From NCBI GenBank assembly GCA_963773465.1, contig CAVZBF010000002.1, forward strand, positions 555,853-619,852: 64,000 nt of DNA. Reading direction: 5' to 3'. The stretch comes from an uncultured Bacteroidota bacterium. GTDB taxonomy: Bacteria; Bacteroidota; Bacteroidia; Chitinophagales; Chitinophagaceae. The translations under genes and the position numbers were made by a program. A model generated the notes under the pieces. It had not been told where the DNA came from. It saw only the letters and a program-made list of their open reading frames with translations, and ran no database searches. This document shows, in pieces, positions 30,954 through 43,059 of this stretch (positions are counted from its first letter, which is position 1; each line of letters starts with the position of its first letter).

Positions 30954-32880
30954 TTAATTCTTCTTTTCCTTATCATTTCCGTTACTTACTTTTTTACCCA
31001 ACTGTTCTAATATCTGCAAACCAAGCAAGCCGCTGATGCCGCCATTTGCATTATCGCCACCTGAAATAAGTACATCCGGCATGATCTTTACATTTTGGCT
31101 GGCAATAGATTCCATCACTTTCAATTGAGTAAAGTTGTTTCCACCCATCGCTTCAACAGAAAGCTTATAAGATTCGGCATTTGATTTACCAATAGCAAGA
31201 ATTTTTTCAGCTTCTGCATTACCGGTTAAGGTGATCTGTTCGGCATTTGCTTTTGCAAGCAATTCAATTTGTTCAGCATTTGCTTTTGCCAATAACCTTA
31301 CTTTCTCAGCATCACCACTTGCCAGTAATTTCAATCGGTCACGCTTCAGCATGTTGACTGAAAACGCACACTGTTCGCTTCACCGGTTGCTTTTTTTACA
31401 GAAGCATCGGCAATGCGTTCTGCGATCAATACACCCTGGTCAGCTTTTACAATTTCTTTTTGCATTTCGGCAATGGCAGTTTCTTTTTCCAATGCTCTGC
31501 CTGGTTTCCTGTGCTTTCTTTTCTGTTTCGTAAGTTATTTTTTGTTCTTCCGCAATTTTACGGTCCGTCAATGTTTTCATCAAACTTTCAGGAGGTACTA
31601 TATCGCCGATCAGTGTATCCACTCCGAATACATTGTATTGCTCCAGCACATGGCCGATATGATCTTTTGCTGATTGTTGTCTTTCTTTACGGGTACCCAG
31701 GAAAGCAATTACATCACTATCCTGTGCACTGTTACGGAAATAGTTACCAATCGTTGGTTCCAATACCTGGCTTACAAGATTATTCATATTACCAAACCGG
31801 GCAATTACTTTTGGCGCTTCTGTTGTTGGTATATGAATAATCTGTGAAACGTCAAGATTAAAAGGGAAACCATCTTTACTGCGTACTGTGATCGTTGATA
31901 AATGTTTATCCAATTGATGACTTTCACTTCTTGCATTTGCCCAGTTTAACACGAGGTTGGTTGTAGGCACCAATTCCACTTTCATGATATATGGGTTGAT
32001 CGGATATTTGCCGGGACCTAATGGTTCAGCCCAAACACCTTTATAGCCTTTGGCAACAATATTACCATGTTTAAATTCAGCACCGCTGAGATCTTTACCT
32101 TCATCCCCTACATAACTAATAACAACACCAACATGCCCAATGGGTATTTCGGTCATCTTTACCATTTCCATTTTTGCAAACCATGGATTAAGAAAATAAG
32201 AACCGGCCAGGATAACTTGTTCCTGCAATCCTTTATAACCGCCACTATCCAAAAATTTATCTACGTCCTGGAATTTATTATGCATCATCAATAATTCTAC
32301 CGGCAATTTGTCCTTCTTCCAATGGTTTACCTTCCATGGTAGTGACCACGCCCACCGCATTATCGGGTATACTGTCATATCAGTTACTTCGACATCAAAT
32401 AAAAAAGTATTGATACGATAAGAGCCGGGCGCAATGATATCTGTCTGCCGTCCTTTACGCCCGCCGTTTTTTAAGAATGCTTCTGCATCCTGGAAAGTAT
32501 CACATTCAACTTTGCGTGCAAGAATACGACCGGTTTCCAATTCAGCACCGTCCTTTGCCATCACTAAACCAATCTTTCCAGTTGGAATAATGATAAAGGG
32601 TTGAAAGGTGATAGCATACTGCCATATCCATTTGCCAGAAATAAACACCGGGAGGCAATGTTTGTGCCTGGTAACCGGCCTCACCATCAGTGGCGATGAT
32701 GCGGCCTTCCGGCAATTCCTGTTTACCAAACAACACGAATTTTTTTGTAACAAGTCCGATCTTGTCTTCCGGCACTATCACAAGTCCAAAGAAGACACGA
32801 AGAATAAATTTGTAAAACAATAAAATAAATAATGGGATCCCGATGATAAGTCCCCATCGAATTAATTCTGATTTTTCCAT
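30954..32880 (-). pseudogene. Flotillin/SPFH (band 7, YqiK-like) family protein split into three ORFs
   Basis: N-terminal TM plus SPFH start (32542..32880), central SPFH/flotillin body (31440..32753), and C-terminal Ala/Glu-rich coiled coil with GGISGLLGL (30954..31352). A gap at 31353-31439 implies additional frame changes. Confidence 0.75.
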
Positions 32881-33442
32881 GATGACTTAAAAATTAATGG
32901 TATGAAAATATTGTTTAAAAAAAAGATTACATAAGAGATAAATATATTGATGCGCACAAGTTGTCAACAAACAGGGTTGCTGACTTGTGTGATTGATTGC
33001 CTGTAAGAAGGGAACGCTACGAATAGCGTCTATCTATATTTATTTTCCGGGAGGTGATGTGTTATAGATAGTGAACCGTATAAGTGATTCTTCAGAGAGA
33101 AAACAACCGATATTTTTATCAGTGTTCATGGTGTTTAATTGTGAAGTAAAGTTACACTGCAGGTGCATTGCTTTTTGAACTATCGTAAAAAACCGGTTTT
33201 TAGCAAAAGAAAGGGTGTTTTTCCTTATTATGTAGTATGGCTCCAAATTGAGAAATAAAGTAATAAGGTTTGATATGGCGCAGGTCCATTTTGCTACTAA
33301 GGTTTTAGCGCATTCCGGATCAACTGGAGTTAACCTTAGCAGAGCTAATAAGATAAGTTGACAGTAACCTTATTACCTTATTCAATTAAGAGTCAATTAC
33401 CGTTCTGTTAACTTCCGAACTAAAAAAAGATTTAAGGATAAC

Positions 33443-35971
33443 TTATTGTCCAACCATAAACACAGCATTACAAAACATAAGTTTTCCGTTTTCCCAAAAA
33501 TTACGAAACATGAGATTGTCTGCGAAATAAACAATTTTACCGCTACCCATATCCTGTACACCAAAAACCAATGCATCATTTAATTTATCTTTTAATGAAG
33601 AGCCAACAAATCCCGAAACCTGGCTGTCTTTTTTCAATACACCAACATTCCATCCGCCTTCTTTAATAAAATCGTACAACGCATCATCTTGTTTTAATGT
33701 ATAATAAAAATTAGGATAGCCGAATGCCAAAGGATGCGAGTTATCAAGTTGCACTTTGAAAATTGAACCCGGAATGTTTGATCTGAGAAATTCTCTTTCT
33801 CTTTCCTCATAAACCTGTAAAGCAGCGTAAGGATCTTTTTTATCAGCGGCGTCGTCTGATTTTTTTGCCTTGATCGCCCAGTCAGTTCTCGCTAATTGAC
33901 CAACACCTCCTTCAAGAGCAACTAATCTTCCGCCTTTATTTACCCAATCTTTCAACTGATCAGCAGAAGATTTTTCATTAAGGAAACGATAATTACCTGA
34001 AGGCATGATGAGCACATCAAAATCACTCCAGATTATCCTTGCAAAATCATTTGCATTAACCAATGTAACAGGATAATCAAGTGATTGCTCAAAGAAATGC
34101 CATACCTCACCGGCTGCGTTTGAACCAACACCTTCGCCGGTTAATAAGGCCACACGCGGCGCTTTTAAATAATGAATCTTACTGCTGCCAAAATCAAATC
34201 CTTTATCAACAAACCCGGTGGTAATAATATTTGCTTTTACGTTATTCGCATTACATGCCTGGTTGATCATCGAAGCAAGAGAGTTTCCAAACTTTTCATT
34301 CCCTTTTTTAATGATCACAAGAGAGCCACGGTCGAATTGCTGGCTATTGATTTCAAAAGCCGTTTCTGAAAACCGGACCCGCACTCCCTGTTGCAATAAT
34401 GTTGTCAATGTTTTTACACTTTGCACACCTTGCCAGCGGATAACATAACCATAAGCATCATTTACGTTGTTTGTAATTGCCGCTGGTTTTGTACCTGCCG
34501 ATGACTGCAATTTTGTTTTTGAACCGAATGTCTTTACTCCGTACACAAAGGGTAATGACCATGCTGTAATATCGTAGGTATTTGAATCAACGAGTTTACT
34601 CCTGGGTTCAAACAGAACTTTTACCATCGCCGATCTTGGTTGCTGTGAATGAACCATAAGATCACTCCCTTCAATTGTGAATGCCTCATCCTTTCCCGAA
34701 AAATAATTGTAACCTGAAAGTGTGCCTCTTGAACTTCCACCTGCAAATTCATATTGAATTCCATTTTTATCAAGCAATGCAGTTAAAGCATTGATCCTTT
34801 CCCTGTCAGCTTCGTTGTTTTTTATCAAATATGTTTTATACTCGCCTACACCAACATTTACTGCATCATTAAAAAATTTCCTGAACTCTTTTACCAATCG
34901 TGCTGCATTCAGCGAAGAAACTTCAATCGTGCTTAAGCCGGTGGTATAATGATGAGTGGCACGATCTGACAGCGTCAATGTATCTCCCTCATCAGTTAAT
35001 GCACCCAGGCCACCTGCGCCTCCGCCTCCTTGTTCATATGTCATTCCGATAGCGCCATTGTATACAGGATAAGTATCGCCGTAACTTGGATAAAAAAGAT
35101 CAAACACTTCTTTGGTAAAATATAACCAGCCATTCGCATCAAAATATTTTGCATGGTTCTTTCCAATCGTTACCTGGAAATCTCTTTGCCATTGCGTAAT
35201 TACTTCATGAAAGGGTTGCGCTGCCGGGGCAAAATAATATGGATTGTTAATGCCCTGCTCATGAAAATCAACATGCACATAAGGCATCCATTGATTATAC
35301 ATTTTCATTCTTTGCTGGCTTTCAATCTGCGTTTGCCATGCCCAGTCGCGGTTAAGATCAAAATTGTAATGATTGGTTCTGCCACCCGGCCATGGCTCAC
35401 GATGCTCTCTTGCACTTAATGCCGGGTTCATATTTTTTCCAACGATTGAATTGAACCAATTCACATACCTGTCCCTCCCATCAGGATTTATACACGGATC
35501 AATTATTACAACCGTATTCTTCAACCATTCCTTAGTTTTTGTATTGGAAGGATCAACCAGTGCCCAGATTGTCATCATTGCTGCTTCGGATGAAGATGTT
35601 TCATTACCATGTACATTATAACTTAACCAAACAAGTGCCGGTGCATTTTCTTCTATTGGAGCAGCTTTATCTTTTGCAAGATTAGCCAGCCGCATATTAT
35701 TCAATCTTATTTGCTCAAGCCTGCTGATATTGTCCGCCGATGAAATAAATGAAAGTAATAACGGGCGGCCTTCGTTTGTTTGTCCATATTGCTCCAGCTT
35801 CACATTTGCAGAAGCATTTGCTGCAACATGTTGAAAATAGTTAACGATCTTCCAATGTGGTGTATAACGACTGCCGATCTTATATCCTAAAAATTCTTCG
35901 GGAGATCTTAGCTGTCCATTTGACGAAATAAAAATTAATATTGCCAGTGCTACTAAAAATCTTTTACGCAT
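33443..35971 (-). CDS. M14-family zinc carboxypeptidase-like large secreted protein
   Basis: Signal peptide; NVHGNETSSSEA (HxxE zinc ligands) and downstream His; ~840 aa Bacteroidota-type M14. Confidence 0.75.
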   Translation of the reverse strand: MRKRFLVALAILIFISSNGQLRSPEEFLGYKIGSRYTPHWKIVNYFQHVAANASANVKLEQYGQTNEGRPLLLSFISSADNISRLEQIRLNNMRLANLAKDKAAPIEENAPALVWLSYNVHGNETSSSEAAMMTIWALVDPSNTKTKEWLKNTVVIIDPCINPDGRDRYVNWFNSIVGKNMNPALSAREHREPWPGGRTNHYNFDLNRDWAWQTQIESQQRMKMYNQWMPYVHVDFHEQGINNPYYFAPAAQPFHEVITQWQRDFQVTIGKNHAKYFDANGWLYFTKEVFDLFYPSYGDTYPVYNGAIGMTYEQGGGGAGGLGALTDEGDTLTLSDRATHHYTTGLSTIEVSSLNAARLVKEFRKFFNDAVNVGVGEYKTYLIKNNEADRERINALTALLDKNGIQYEFAGGSSRGTLSGYNYFSGKDEAFTIEGSDLMVHSQQPRSAMVKVLFEPRSKLVDSNTYDITAWSLPFVYGVKTFGSKTKLQSSAGTKPAAITNNVNDAYGYVIRWQGVQSVKTLTTLLQQGVRVRFSETAFEINSQQFDRGSLVIIKKGNEKFGNSLASMINQACNANNVKANIITTGFVDKGFDFGSSKIHYLKAPRVALLTGEGVGSNAAGEVWHFFEQSLDYPVTLVNANDFARIIWSDFDVLIMPSGNYRFLNEKSSADQLKDWVNKGGRLVALEGGVGQLARTDWAIKAKKSDDAADKKDPYAALQVYEEREREFLRSNIPGSIFKVQLDNSHPLAFGYPNFYYTLKQDDALYDFIKEGGWNVGVLKKDSQVSGFVGSSLKDKLNDALVFGVQDMGSGKIVYFADNLMFRNFWENGKLMFCNAVFMVGQ

Positions 35972-36054
35972 GAAATATAGTTTGAAGGGGCAATTTATGA
36001 AAGATGGCTTTACCATACAAAGACTTTAGTAACTTCAAAGACCAAAACCTCACT

Positions 36055-36678
36055 ATGATAAGATCTTCCCTCGCAACTTTTATCTCATTTTTAAGCTTAA
36101 CCCTATTGCTGCTTTGCTTTTTAAATAGCTGCAAGTTGCGCCAACATGGGGTCGTTTCATCAGTTTCCAATGACGCAAAAAGCACTGCCGCTTTTATTGA
36201 AGAAATAATGATAAATGATGGTAAACCCAACGACACTCTTTTATATTTCAAGTTCTTCTTCGATAGCATAAATCCAATTCTTAAGTTAAAAAAAGAAATA
36301 AATCTCGGTGTTACATTTATACGAACAGCACATAGTGACGGAGGCGTTTATAGCCTGGCCTATTTTGGTCCTCCGTTTAAATCCGGAAAGGAAGATACCC
36401 TAATGAGTTTCGTTGGTGACGGTAATCTGGCGTTTTTTAATGCTACAGAATCCCTTGGCGCAAAAAATCACAGATCTATGCACGTCGTTCGAGATGGCAA
36501 GATCAAGCACCGGTTGATATATTCTGACTTTACAGAAGAAACAGAAATGGTCCGCACATTATGGCTGTTTAATAAAGAACTCAAAAAAGGACTGGGTAAC
36601 TCAAACTGCGTACGATATATTTCAACAATAAGTGATGACCTGAAAATTGCTAAAGTCGAAAAAACTTATTGTTATTAA
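36055..36678 (+). CDS. Hypothetical secreted/lipoprotein
   Basis: Signal plus Cys (LLCFLNSCKL); no recognised domain. Start placed at the internal Met to avoid antisense overlap. Confidence 0.4.
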   Translation: MIRSSLATFISFLSLTLLLLCFLNSCKLRQHGVVSSVSNDAKSTAAFIEEIMINDGKPNDTLLYFKFFFDSINPILKLKKEINLGVTFIRTAHSDGGVYSLAYFGPPFKSGKEDTLMSFVGDGNLAFFNATESLGAKNHRSMHVVRDGKIKHRLIYSDFTEETEMVRTLWLFNKELKKGLGNSNCVRYISTISDDLKIAKVEKTYCY

Positions 36679-36687
36679 TGAATTAAA

Positions 36688-36727
36688 AAGTCTTCCCAAT
36701 ACTGAGAAGACTCTTGATTTTTTACTT
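36688..36727. terminator. Bidirectional intrinsic terminator
   Basis: aagtcttc-ccaatact-gaagact flanked by an A-run (left) and tgattttttactttttac (right), between convergent genes. Confidence 0.6.
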
Positions 36728-36755
36728 TTTACTTTTGTCCCTATAGCTATCAGGA

Positions 36756-39542
36756 TCACTGCTGCACTTCCATCATCGGCACCGTAGGTGCTGCTCTTGC
36801 CAGTCTTTCTTTATTACCCAGCTTCAGATTATGTAATTCAAATACTAAAGATGTATAATAATAACCGCCATTAAAACCAAATTGTGTTGCAGCACGGCTG
36901 TATACAAAGCGACCTTCGCCTGTGTTTCCAAAATTTTTCAACCTATCGGGATAAGTATTACCAATATTATTTGCACCAACAGTTATGTTGACAAAATTTG
37001 CCAATTTATAGCCTATGCTTGCATCGGTAACTACTTTAGGACTGAAGAACTCATCAAGCAAGGGATTGCCCGGGTCTCTTGTTGCCACTTTTCCAAAACG
37101 AGTGCTGCGTACATTGAACGTTGCTTTCCCAACCTTATAATTAAAGTTGAGCGAAATTTTATGCCTGGGTTGCGCTTCTTCAATACGGCTTCTTTCATCA
37201 CGGGCAAATAAGCGGGCCTGCAATGCAGGATCAGTGATGGTGCTGACACGGGCATCCCCCTGCACTTCTGTCTTATTAAAATTAGCTGCAGCAGTTAATG
37301 CAAACTGTCCGTTACCAAGTTTATCAGTAAATGCAATTACGGCATCTATGCCTTTTGTTCTGGTATCGATTGCATTGGTAAGAAATATTACAGAGCTTAC
37401 ATCAGCAAGATCAGGGTATTGGCTCAGGATTGCATTCACAGCATTTGCCTCAGGAGCATTGAACCTGCGGAAAGAAGAACTTACTACAATTCTGTTGTCA
37501 ATATCGATAAGATAACCATCTACCGTAATGCTCAATCTGTTTTTTGCAAGTTTGCTTGTTAAGCCAACACTATAATTGGTAGACGTTTCGGCATCGAGAC
37601 TTGGAATACCAAATGCCTGTGCCACCAGGCTGTTATTACGGAAAGTGCCTTGCTGAAACGGTTGAAGACCCGAACTGGTTTGAATAAATACAGTGTTGAT
37701 GGCGCTGAAATATCTTTGCTGCATGGAAGGCGCCCGGAAACCATTACTCACTGCACCACGAATAGCAAGCGGTTTGAAAACCTGGAAACGAAAAGCAAAC
37801 TTGCCGGCAAAGCTTGAACCATAATCGTCATAATGCTCATAACGACCGGCGCCATTTAAAAGAAGTTTATCTGAAATGTCGGTTTCAATATCAACATAAC
37901 CACCCAATACATCTCTTTTTTCATCAACAGCGTTTGATGGTTGAAAACCGGGAAACACTTGTGCACCCCCTACTTTACCGGACGATGGCGCATAGTTAAG
38001 ATATGAAGTTTCTTCACCCGGTTGTATTGAATAATTGTCTTTGCGATATTCGCCGCCAACAGCGAGGTTAAAAGATTTTAAACCCATTTGCGTACCAAAA
38101 TCTCTCGAAATATTTAAGTTGGTTGTGTATTGACTAAATAATAGTTTACCTGCATAAAACGACGTTGGCGCTGCTGCTTTTAAAGCGTACTGCGATGCAT
38201 TGTTAGAGTTTGTAACATCAAAGCGGAATGAATTACCGCCTATTGCCTGGCTTAGATCCCAGTTCCAGTTGCCGCCAATTTTTCCTTCAAATCCGGCAGT
38301 GATGTATTTATCACGAATGATAGAATTAATTATCGGAAGAAATCCATCAGGATATAATTCGGCGATTACCTGTGTTGTTTGTTTTGGATAACGATAAAAG
38401 CCCGCTGCTTTTCCATCCCTGTAATTATAACCGGCAGTTAAAAGAAATTGAAGATTATTCTTAAACGGGTAACCCATATTTACCAATGCTCCATAATTAT
38501 ACACTTCAGAATTTCCAATATGCATATTGTTCTTCCTGCTAAAGCCTCTTTGGGCAATTAATTGTTCATCGAGTGATACCGTATTTGTATAAACAGTACC
38601 GGTGTAATCGCCAGAACGATTTGTCGGATCTCGGTGACGTATATCTGCCGATACATTAAAGTAACCACCTTTTTTACCCAAGCTCATTCCCTTATTCAAA
38701 CCTATTTGCTGTACTTCACCATCACCTTCATAATGTTTACCCCAATGACCAAGTAATGTTGTACCTGTTGCATTTTTTTTGAGAACGATATTGATCACAC
38801 CTGCAATTGCATCTGAACCGTATTGAGATGAGGCGCCGTCACGCAATACTTCCACTCTTTCAATTGCCGCTGCAGGAATTGCATTAAGATCAGTTCCAAC
38901 AGAACCGCGGCCAATTGTTCCGTTCACATTTAACAATGCAGTATTGTATCTTCTTTTTCCATTTACCAAAACAAGTGTCTGGTCCGGACCAAGACCGCGT
39001 ATCGTTGCAGGATCGATATGATCGGTGCCATCAGCAACCGTTTGCCTGCTCGAGTTATAAGATGGAGCAACAAAATTTATCATCTGCGTTGGTTCCACCT
39101 GGCCGGTAAGATTTAATTCACGATTCGTGATCACATCAACAGGTACCGGAGTTTGCGTACTTGATCTTGTAGCAGATGAACGTGAGCCAACAACAATCAC
39201 CCTGTTGAGTTCACCGGAGTTTAGCATTTCAAAATTATTTTCGGATACGGCTCCCCCACTCACAGTAATTTGTTTACGTTGCGTTACCACGCCAACGTAA
39301 CTTATGATCAGGGTGTAATTGCCGGGTGCAACCTTTAATTCATAATTGCCGCTTGCATCTGTTACCGTACCGCGTTTAGTGCCCTCGAGCACAACCGAGG
39401 CGCCGGCCATAGGCAAACCATTTGCATCTTTTACTGAACCACGCAATGTTGCAGTTTGCCCCATTGCATAGGCGGATAGTAAAAAACAAATAAATAGAGT
39501 TGCAAGGCTTTTGATCGGAAGCTTGATTTTTTTTGTGATCAT
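36756..39542 (-). CDS. TonB-dependent receptor with N-terminal carboxypeptidase-regulatory-like domain
   Basis: Signal, CarboxypepD_reg (GSVKDANGLPMAGASVVLEGT), plug domain (DGTDHIDPATIRGLGPDQTLVLVNG), and a long beta-barrel with C-terminal aromatic-rich strands. Confidence 0.8.
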   Translation of the reverse strand: MITKKIKLPIKSLATLFICFLLSAYAMGQTATLRGSVKDANGLPMAGASVVLEGTKRGTVTDASGNYELKVAPGNYTLIISYVGVVTQRKQITVSGGAVSENNFEMLNSGELNRVIVVGSRSSATRSSTQTPVPVDVITNRELNLTGQVEPTQMINFVAPSYNSSRQTVADGTDHIDPATIRGLGPDQTLVLVNGKRRYNTALLNVNGTIGRGSVGTDLNAIPAAAIERVEVLRDGASSQYGSDAIAGVINIVLKKNATGTTLLGHWGKHYEGDGEVQQIGLNKGMSLGKKGGYFNVSADIRHRDPTNRSGDYTGTVYTNTVSLDEQLIAQRGFSRKNNMHIGNSEVYNYGALVNMGYPFKNNLQFLLTAGYNYRDGKAAGFYRYPKQTTQVIAELYPDGFLPIINSIIRDKYITAGFEGKIGGNWNWDLSQAIGGNSFRFDVTNSNNASQYALKAAAPTSFYAGKLLFSQYTTNLNISRDFGTQMGLKSFNLAVGGEYRKDNYSIQPGEETSYLNYAPSSGKVGGAQVFPGFQPSNAVDEKRDVLGGYVDIETDISDKLLLNGAGRYEHYDDYGSSFAGKFAFRFQVFKPLAIRGAVSNGFRAPSMQQRYFSAINTVFIQTSSGLQPFQQGTFRNNSLVAQAFGIPSLDAETSTNYSVGLTSKLAKNRLSITVDGYLIDIDNRIVVSSSFRRFNAPEANAVNAILSQYPDLADVSSVIFLTNAIDTRTKGIDAVIAFTDKLGNGQFALTAAANFNKTEVQGDARVSTITDPALQARLFARDERSRIEEAQPRHKISLNFNYKVGKATFNVRSTRFGKVATRDPGNPLLDEFFSPKVVTDASIGYKLANFVNITVGANNIGNTYPDRLKNFGNTGEGRFVYSRAATQFGFNGGYYYTSLVFELHNLKLGNKERLARAAPTVPMMEVQQ

Positions 39543-39682
39543 ATGCAGTTGTTGTTTGGGTTAAAAGAAGAGGGATACGATAATACCATCAGGTTTCAAC
39601 GAGTACAGATGAGAGTGAAATAAAGATAAAGATTTTATGTTTAAAAACCGGGAACTATTTACCTTGTGCTTAGAATGCCATT

Positions 39683-41403
39683 ATGATGAAAAAAATTATT
39701 TTTTTCTTGCTTCTTCCGGCGTTGTTTGTGTTTTCCTGCAAAACAACAAAAACGTCGACCACACTTGTTGATCAATATAATTATACCAGTCAGAAAAAGA
39801 TCGTTTGCGAAAATGGCGCTGTTGTTTCCGCACATCCGCTTGCCAGTAAAGTGGGCTGTAGCAATTTTGAAAATGGGTGGTAATGCGGTTGATGCTGCGA
39901 TTGCAACACAATTAGCCCTTGCAGTTGTTTATCCGAATGCAGGTAATCTTGGCGGCGGCGGTTTTATGGTAGCAAGATTAAAAGATGGAAAGCTCGTTTC
40001 TATTGATTACAGGGAAAAAGCACCGGGCAAAGCTCATCGTGATATGTACCTGAGCTCGACCGGTGATCCGCAATTAGAATTGAGTCAATACGGACATCTC
40101 TCCGCAGGAGTGCCGGGTACAATAGCCGGGTTATTCGAATCTGCTAAATATGCAAATCTTTCTTTTGATAAATTAATTCAACCGGCAATTGATCTTGGCG
40201 GAAAAAGGATTTGCTATTTCCGAACGTGATGCACGAGCTTATAATTCACTAAAAGATGATTTTTTAAAATACAGTACACAAACACCTGCTTTTGTAAAAG
40301 ATAATTTATGGAAGGGCGGCGACACCCTCGTTCAAGAAGATCTTGCTGAAACGTTGAAACGGATCAAGAAAAATGGAGCAAAAGGTTTTTATGAAGGCAA
40401 AACCGCGCGGCTGATCGTAGAAGAAATGAAAAGAGGAAATGGAATTATATCACTTGAGGATCTGAAAAATTATAAAGCGGCTTCAAGAGAGCCGCATGTT
40501 TTCGATTACAAAGGATATAAAATTGTTGGAATGCCGATGCCAAGCAGCGGTGGTTTGCTTGTACATCAAATGATGAAGATGATCGAAAACAAACAAATTG
40601 CTTCTTATGGTTTTCAATCTCCTGAAGCTGTACAATTAATGGTAGAAGCAGAAAGAAGAGCTTATGCTGACAGGGCACAATTCATGGGCGATGCTGATTT
40701 TTACAAAGTGCCGGTTTCAAAACTTACGAATGAGAAATATTTGAAAGAAAGAATGGCTGATTTTGTTCCGGGTAAAGCAAGCAATAGTGAACAAGTAAAG
40801 CCGGGTGAAATTCCCGCGGTGGAAAGTGAAGAGACAACTCATTTGAGCGTGATCGATAAAGATGGAAATGCAGTGGCGGTTACCACAACGCTTAATAATT
40901 CTTATGGAAGTAAAACAGTTGTTGGTGGCGCAGGTTTTATATTAAATGATGAAATGGATGATTTTAGTGTAAAACCAGGAGTGCCCAATATGTATGGCGC
41001 CATCGGTGGCGAAGCAAATGCTATCATGCCTGGCAAAAGAATGCTAAGTTCAATGACCCCTACTATTGTGTTGAAAGATGGTTTACCGTATTTGGTCGTT
41101 GGTACACCTGGCGGTACTACAATTCCTACTTCGGTTTTTCAAACTATTGTAAATATTATTGAGTTTAACATGAGCACCGAAGATGCGGTATGGAAACCAA
41201 AATTTCATCATCAATGGCTGCCTGACAGTGTTTATTTAGAAAAAACATTTGATCCTGCAACAAAAAAATCTCTTGAAGCAATGGGATATAAAATAAAGGA
41301 AAGGATCGGCATTGGCAGAACAGAAGTGATCAAAGTGTTACCTGATAAAAAATTTGAAGCCGTTGCCGATAACCGTGGTGATGATTCGGCAGAAGGATGG
41401 TGA
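39683..41403 (+). pseudogene. ggt: Gamma-glutamyltransferase split into three ORFs (shifts ~39880 and ~40200)
   Basis: Lipoprotein signal; AHPLASKVG / ILKMGGNAVDAAIA; GNLGGGGFM; catalytic Thr at the small-subunit start (TTHLSVIDKDGNAV); GTPGG. Confidence 0.85.
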
Positions 41404-41443
41404 TTTCATTTAAAAATTAATAATTAACAATTAATAATTAATA
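41404..41443. repeat. AT-rich iterated aattaata units in a short intergenic spacer
   Basis: aaaaattaataattaacaattaataattaataatg. Confidence 0.5.
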
Positions 41444-41989
41444 ATGAGTTTAGGGAAAGAATATTTGACCACTGTTATCAAAAGGCTTAAATACTATAAA
41501 GAGCTTGGTGAAAAAACCTTTGAGCAACTGGAAGAAAAAGATCTTCATAATATGCCCACGTCTGAATCAAACAGTATTGCCATAATTGTTCAGCATTTAA
41601 CCGGCAACATGCTTAGCCGCTTCACCAATTTTTTAACGGAAGATGGAGAAAAAGAATGGCGCCAGCGTGATGATGAATTTGAAATACACAATTATTCCAA
41701 ACAACAAATAATTGATCTATGGAATAAAGGTTGGGAATGTTGTTTCCAGGCATTGGAATCATTAACCGAAAACGATCTGCTGACCATAATTTATATACGT
41801 AAAGAACCGCTTACTGTAATTGATGCGATCAATCGCCAATTGGCACATTACCCATACCATATCGGCCAGATCGTGTACATCGGACGAATGATAAAGAACA
41901 AAGATTGGACAAGTCTTTCAATACCAAAAGGCCAATCATTGCAATACAATGCCGGGAACCAGGTAAAAGACCCTGCTAAAAAATATTAA
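41444..41989 (+). CDS. DUF1572/DinB-like four-helix-bundle protein
   Basis: 181 aa, helical; HxxxH-type motifs (IVQHLTGN, LAHYPYHIGQ). Confidence 0.5.
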   Translation: MSLGKEYLTTVIKRLKYYKELGEKTFEQLEEKDLHNMPTSESNSIAIIVQHLTGNMLSRFTNFLTEDGEKEWRQRDDEFEIHNYSKQQIIDLWNKGWECCFQALESLTENDLLTIIYIRKEPLTVIDAINRQLAHYPYHIGQIVYIGRMIKNKDWTSLSIPKGQSLQYNAGNQVKDPAKKY

Positions 41990-42174
41990 TTAACGCATCC
42001 GGCTCCTGTTAGTCAAAGCATTAAAATATATTTCGCCTTTTTTACACCCACTATTTGACTGGCAGGATTTAATTTCTATTTTTACGCCCCTTTAAGTCCA
42101 GCCTGTCACCATTTTTTCCAGGCAAAATCCTTTCTGAAAACCGGTTGTAATCTTAAATCAGTAAAAAACTGACC

Positions 42175-42816
42175 ATGAAAATTTTGTTTTCTGCCATTAC
42201 CCTATTACTTACACTTTCTGTTAACAGCCAGGTGCAGTTTGGCGTTTTTGCAGGCCCGCAGGTAACCGATGTGCGTTACATAATAGAAGGAAAAAAACAG
42301 GAAACTACAATGAAGATTGGTTTGAATGCCGGCTTGCAATTGAAGGTGCCTTTTGAAAACAAGCTAAGCTTTTCTCCATCCATTGGGTATAATCTTCGCG
42401 GGTATAAAGTAAATAAGTTTATCGGCCTTGCATTTCCGCCTGATTCGTCTGCCGTTAATGTAAATACAAGTTTTCATACTATAGAACTTGGTTTTTTATT
42501 ACAGCATGATTTCAATCTTGAACCCGGACATTTCTTTGTACGCTTTGGTCCTTCGCTCGACTTCGCACTTTTTGGCAATGAAAAATTTACTACGAATAGC
42601 AATACCGAGGTTGATCGAAACATGAAATTCAGTTTTAATGATTATGGGCATTACCTCGCTTCTGCCATTGTGCAATTCGGTTATGAAGCTAAAAACGGTT
42701 TATTCGTGTATGTCCATTACAATTATAGCCTCACCACTATGAATAACTGGGATTACGGTCCCGAGATCGGGAACAGGGCTGCCGGTCTTAGCATTGGCAA
42801 GTACTTCAAAAAGTAA
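42175..42816 (+). CDS. Small outer-membrane beta-barrel protein (OmpA-like barrel / porin family)
   Basis: Signal peptide; alternating amphipathic strands; C-terminal ...GLSIGKYFKK ends in an aromatic residue plus basic tail. Confidence 0.6.
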   Translation: MKILFSAITLLLTLSVNSQVQFGVFAGPQVTDVRYIIEGKKQETTMKIGLNAGLQLKVPFENKLSFSPSIGYNLRGYKVNKFIGLAFPPDSSAVNVNTSFHTIELGFLLQHDFNLEPGHFFVRFGPSLDFALFGNEKFTTNSNTEVDRNMKFSFNDYGHYLASAIVQFGYEAKNGLFVYVHYNYSLTTMNNWDYGPEIGNRAAGLSIGKYFKK

Positions 42817-43059
42817 CGGGGCATAGACAACCAAAAACGGGCTTTAAGGGTCTACATTTAACATTTACCCCTCACCATTTAGTTAATGTGTTGCTGACCT
42901 TTGGTACTTAATTTGCCTTAAAGGGGACATTGGTTACTTTTACATTCTAAAGCCCTGCTTCTGAAGACCTTCAAGAAAATACTCAAATGGGTTCTGCTTT
43001 CACTGTTATTTCTCATAATAGCGGGATGGATCTTTATTCATACTGATAAGGGACAGAAT

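Noticed and set aside
33040-33246. 68-aa ORF in the long intergenic gap
   Set aside because: No RBS-like context, odd composition and no recognisable features. More likely non-coding, so the region is reported as a candidate RNA instead.
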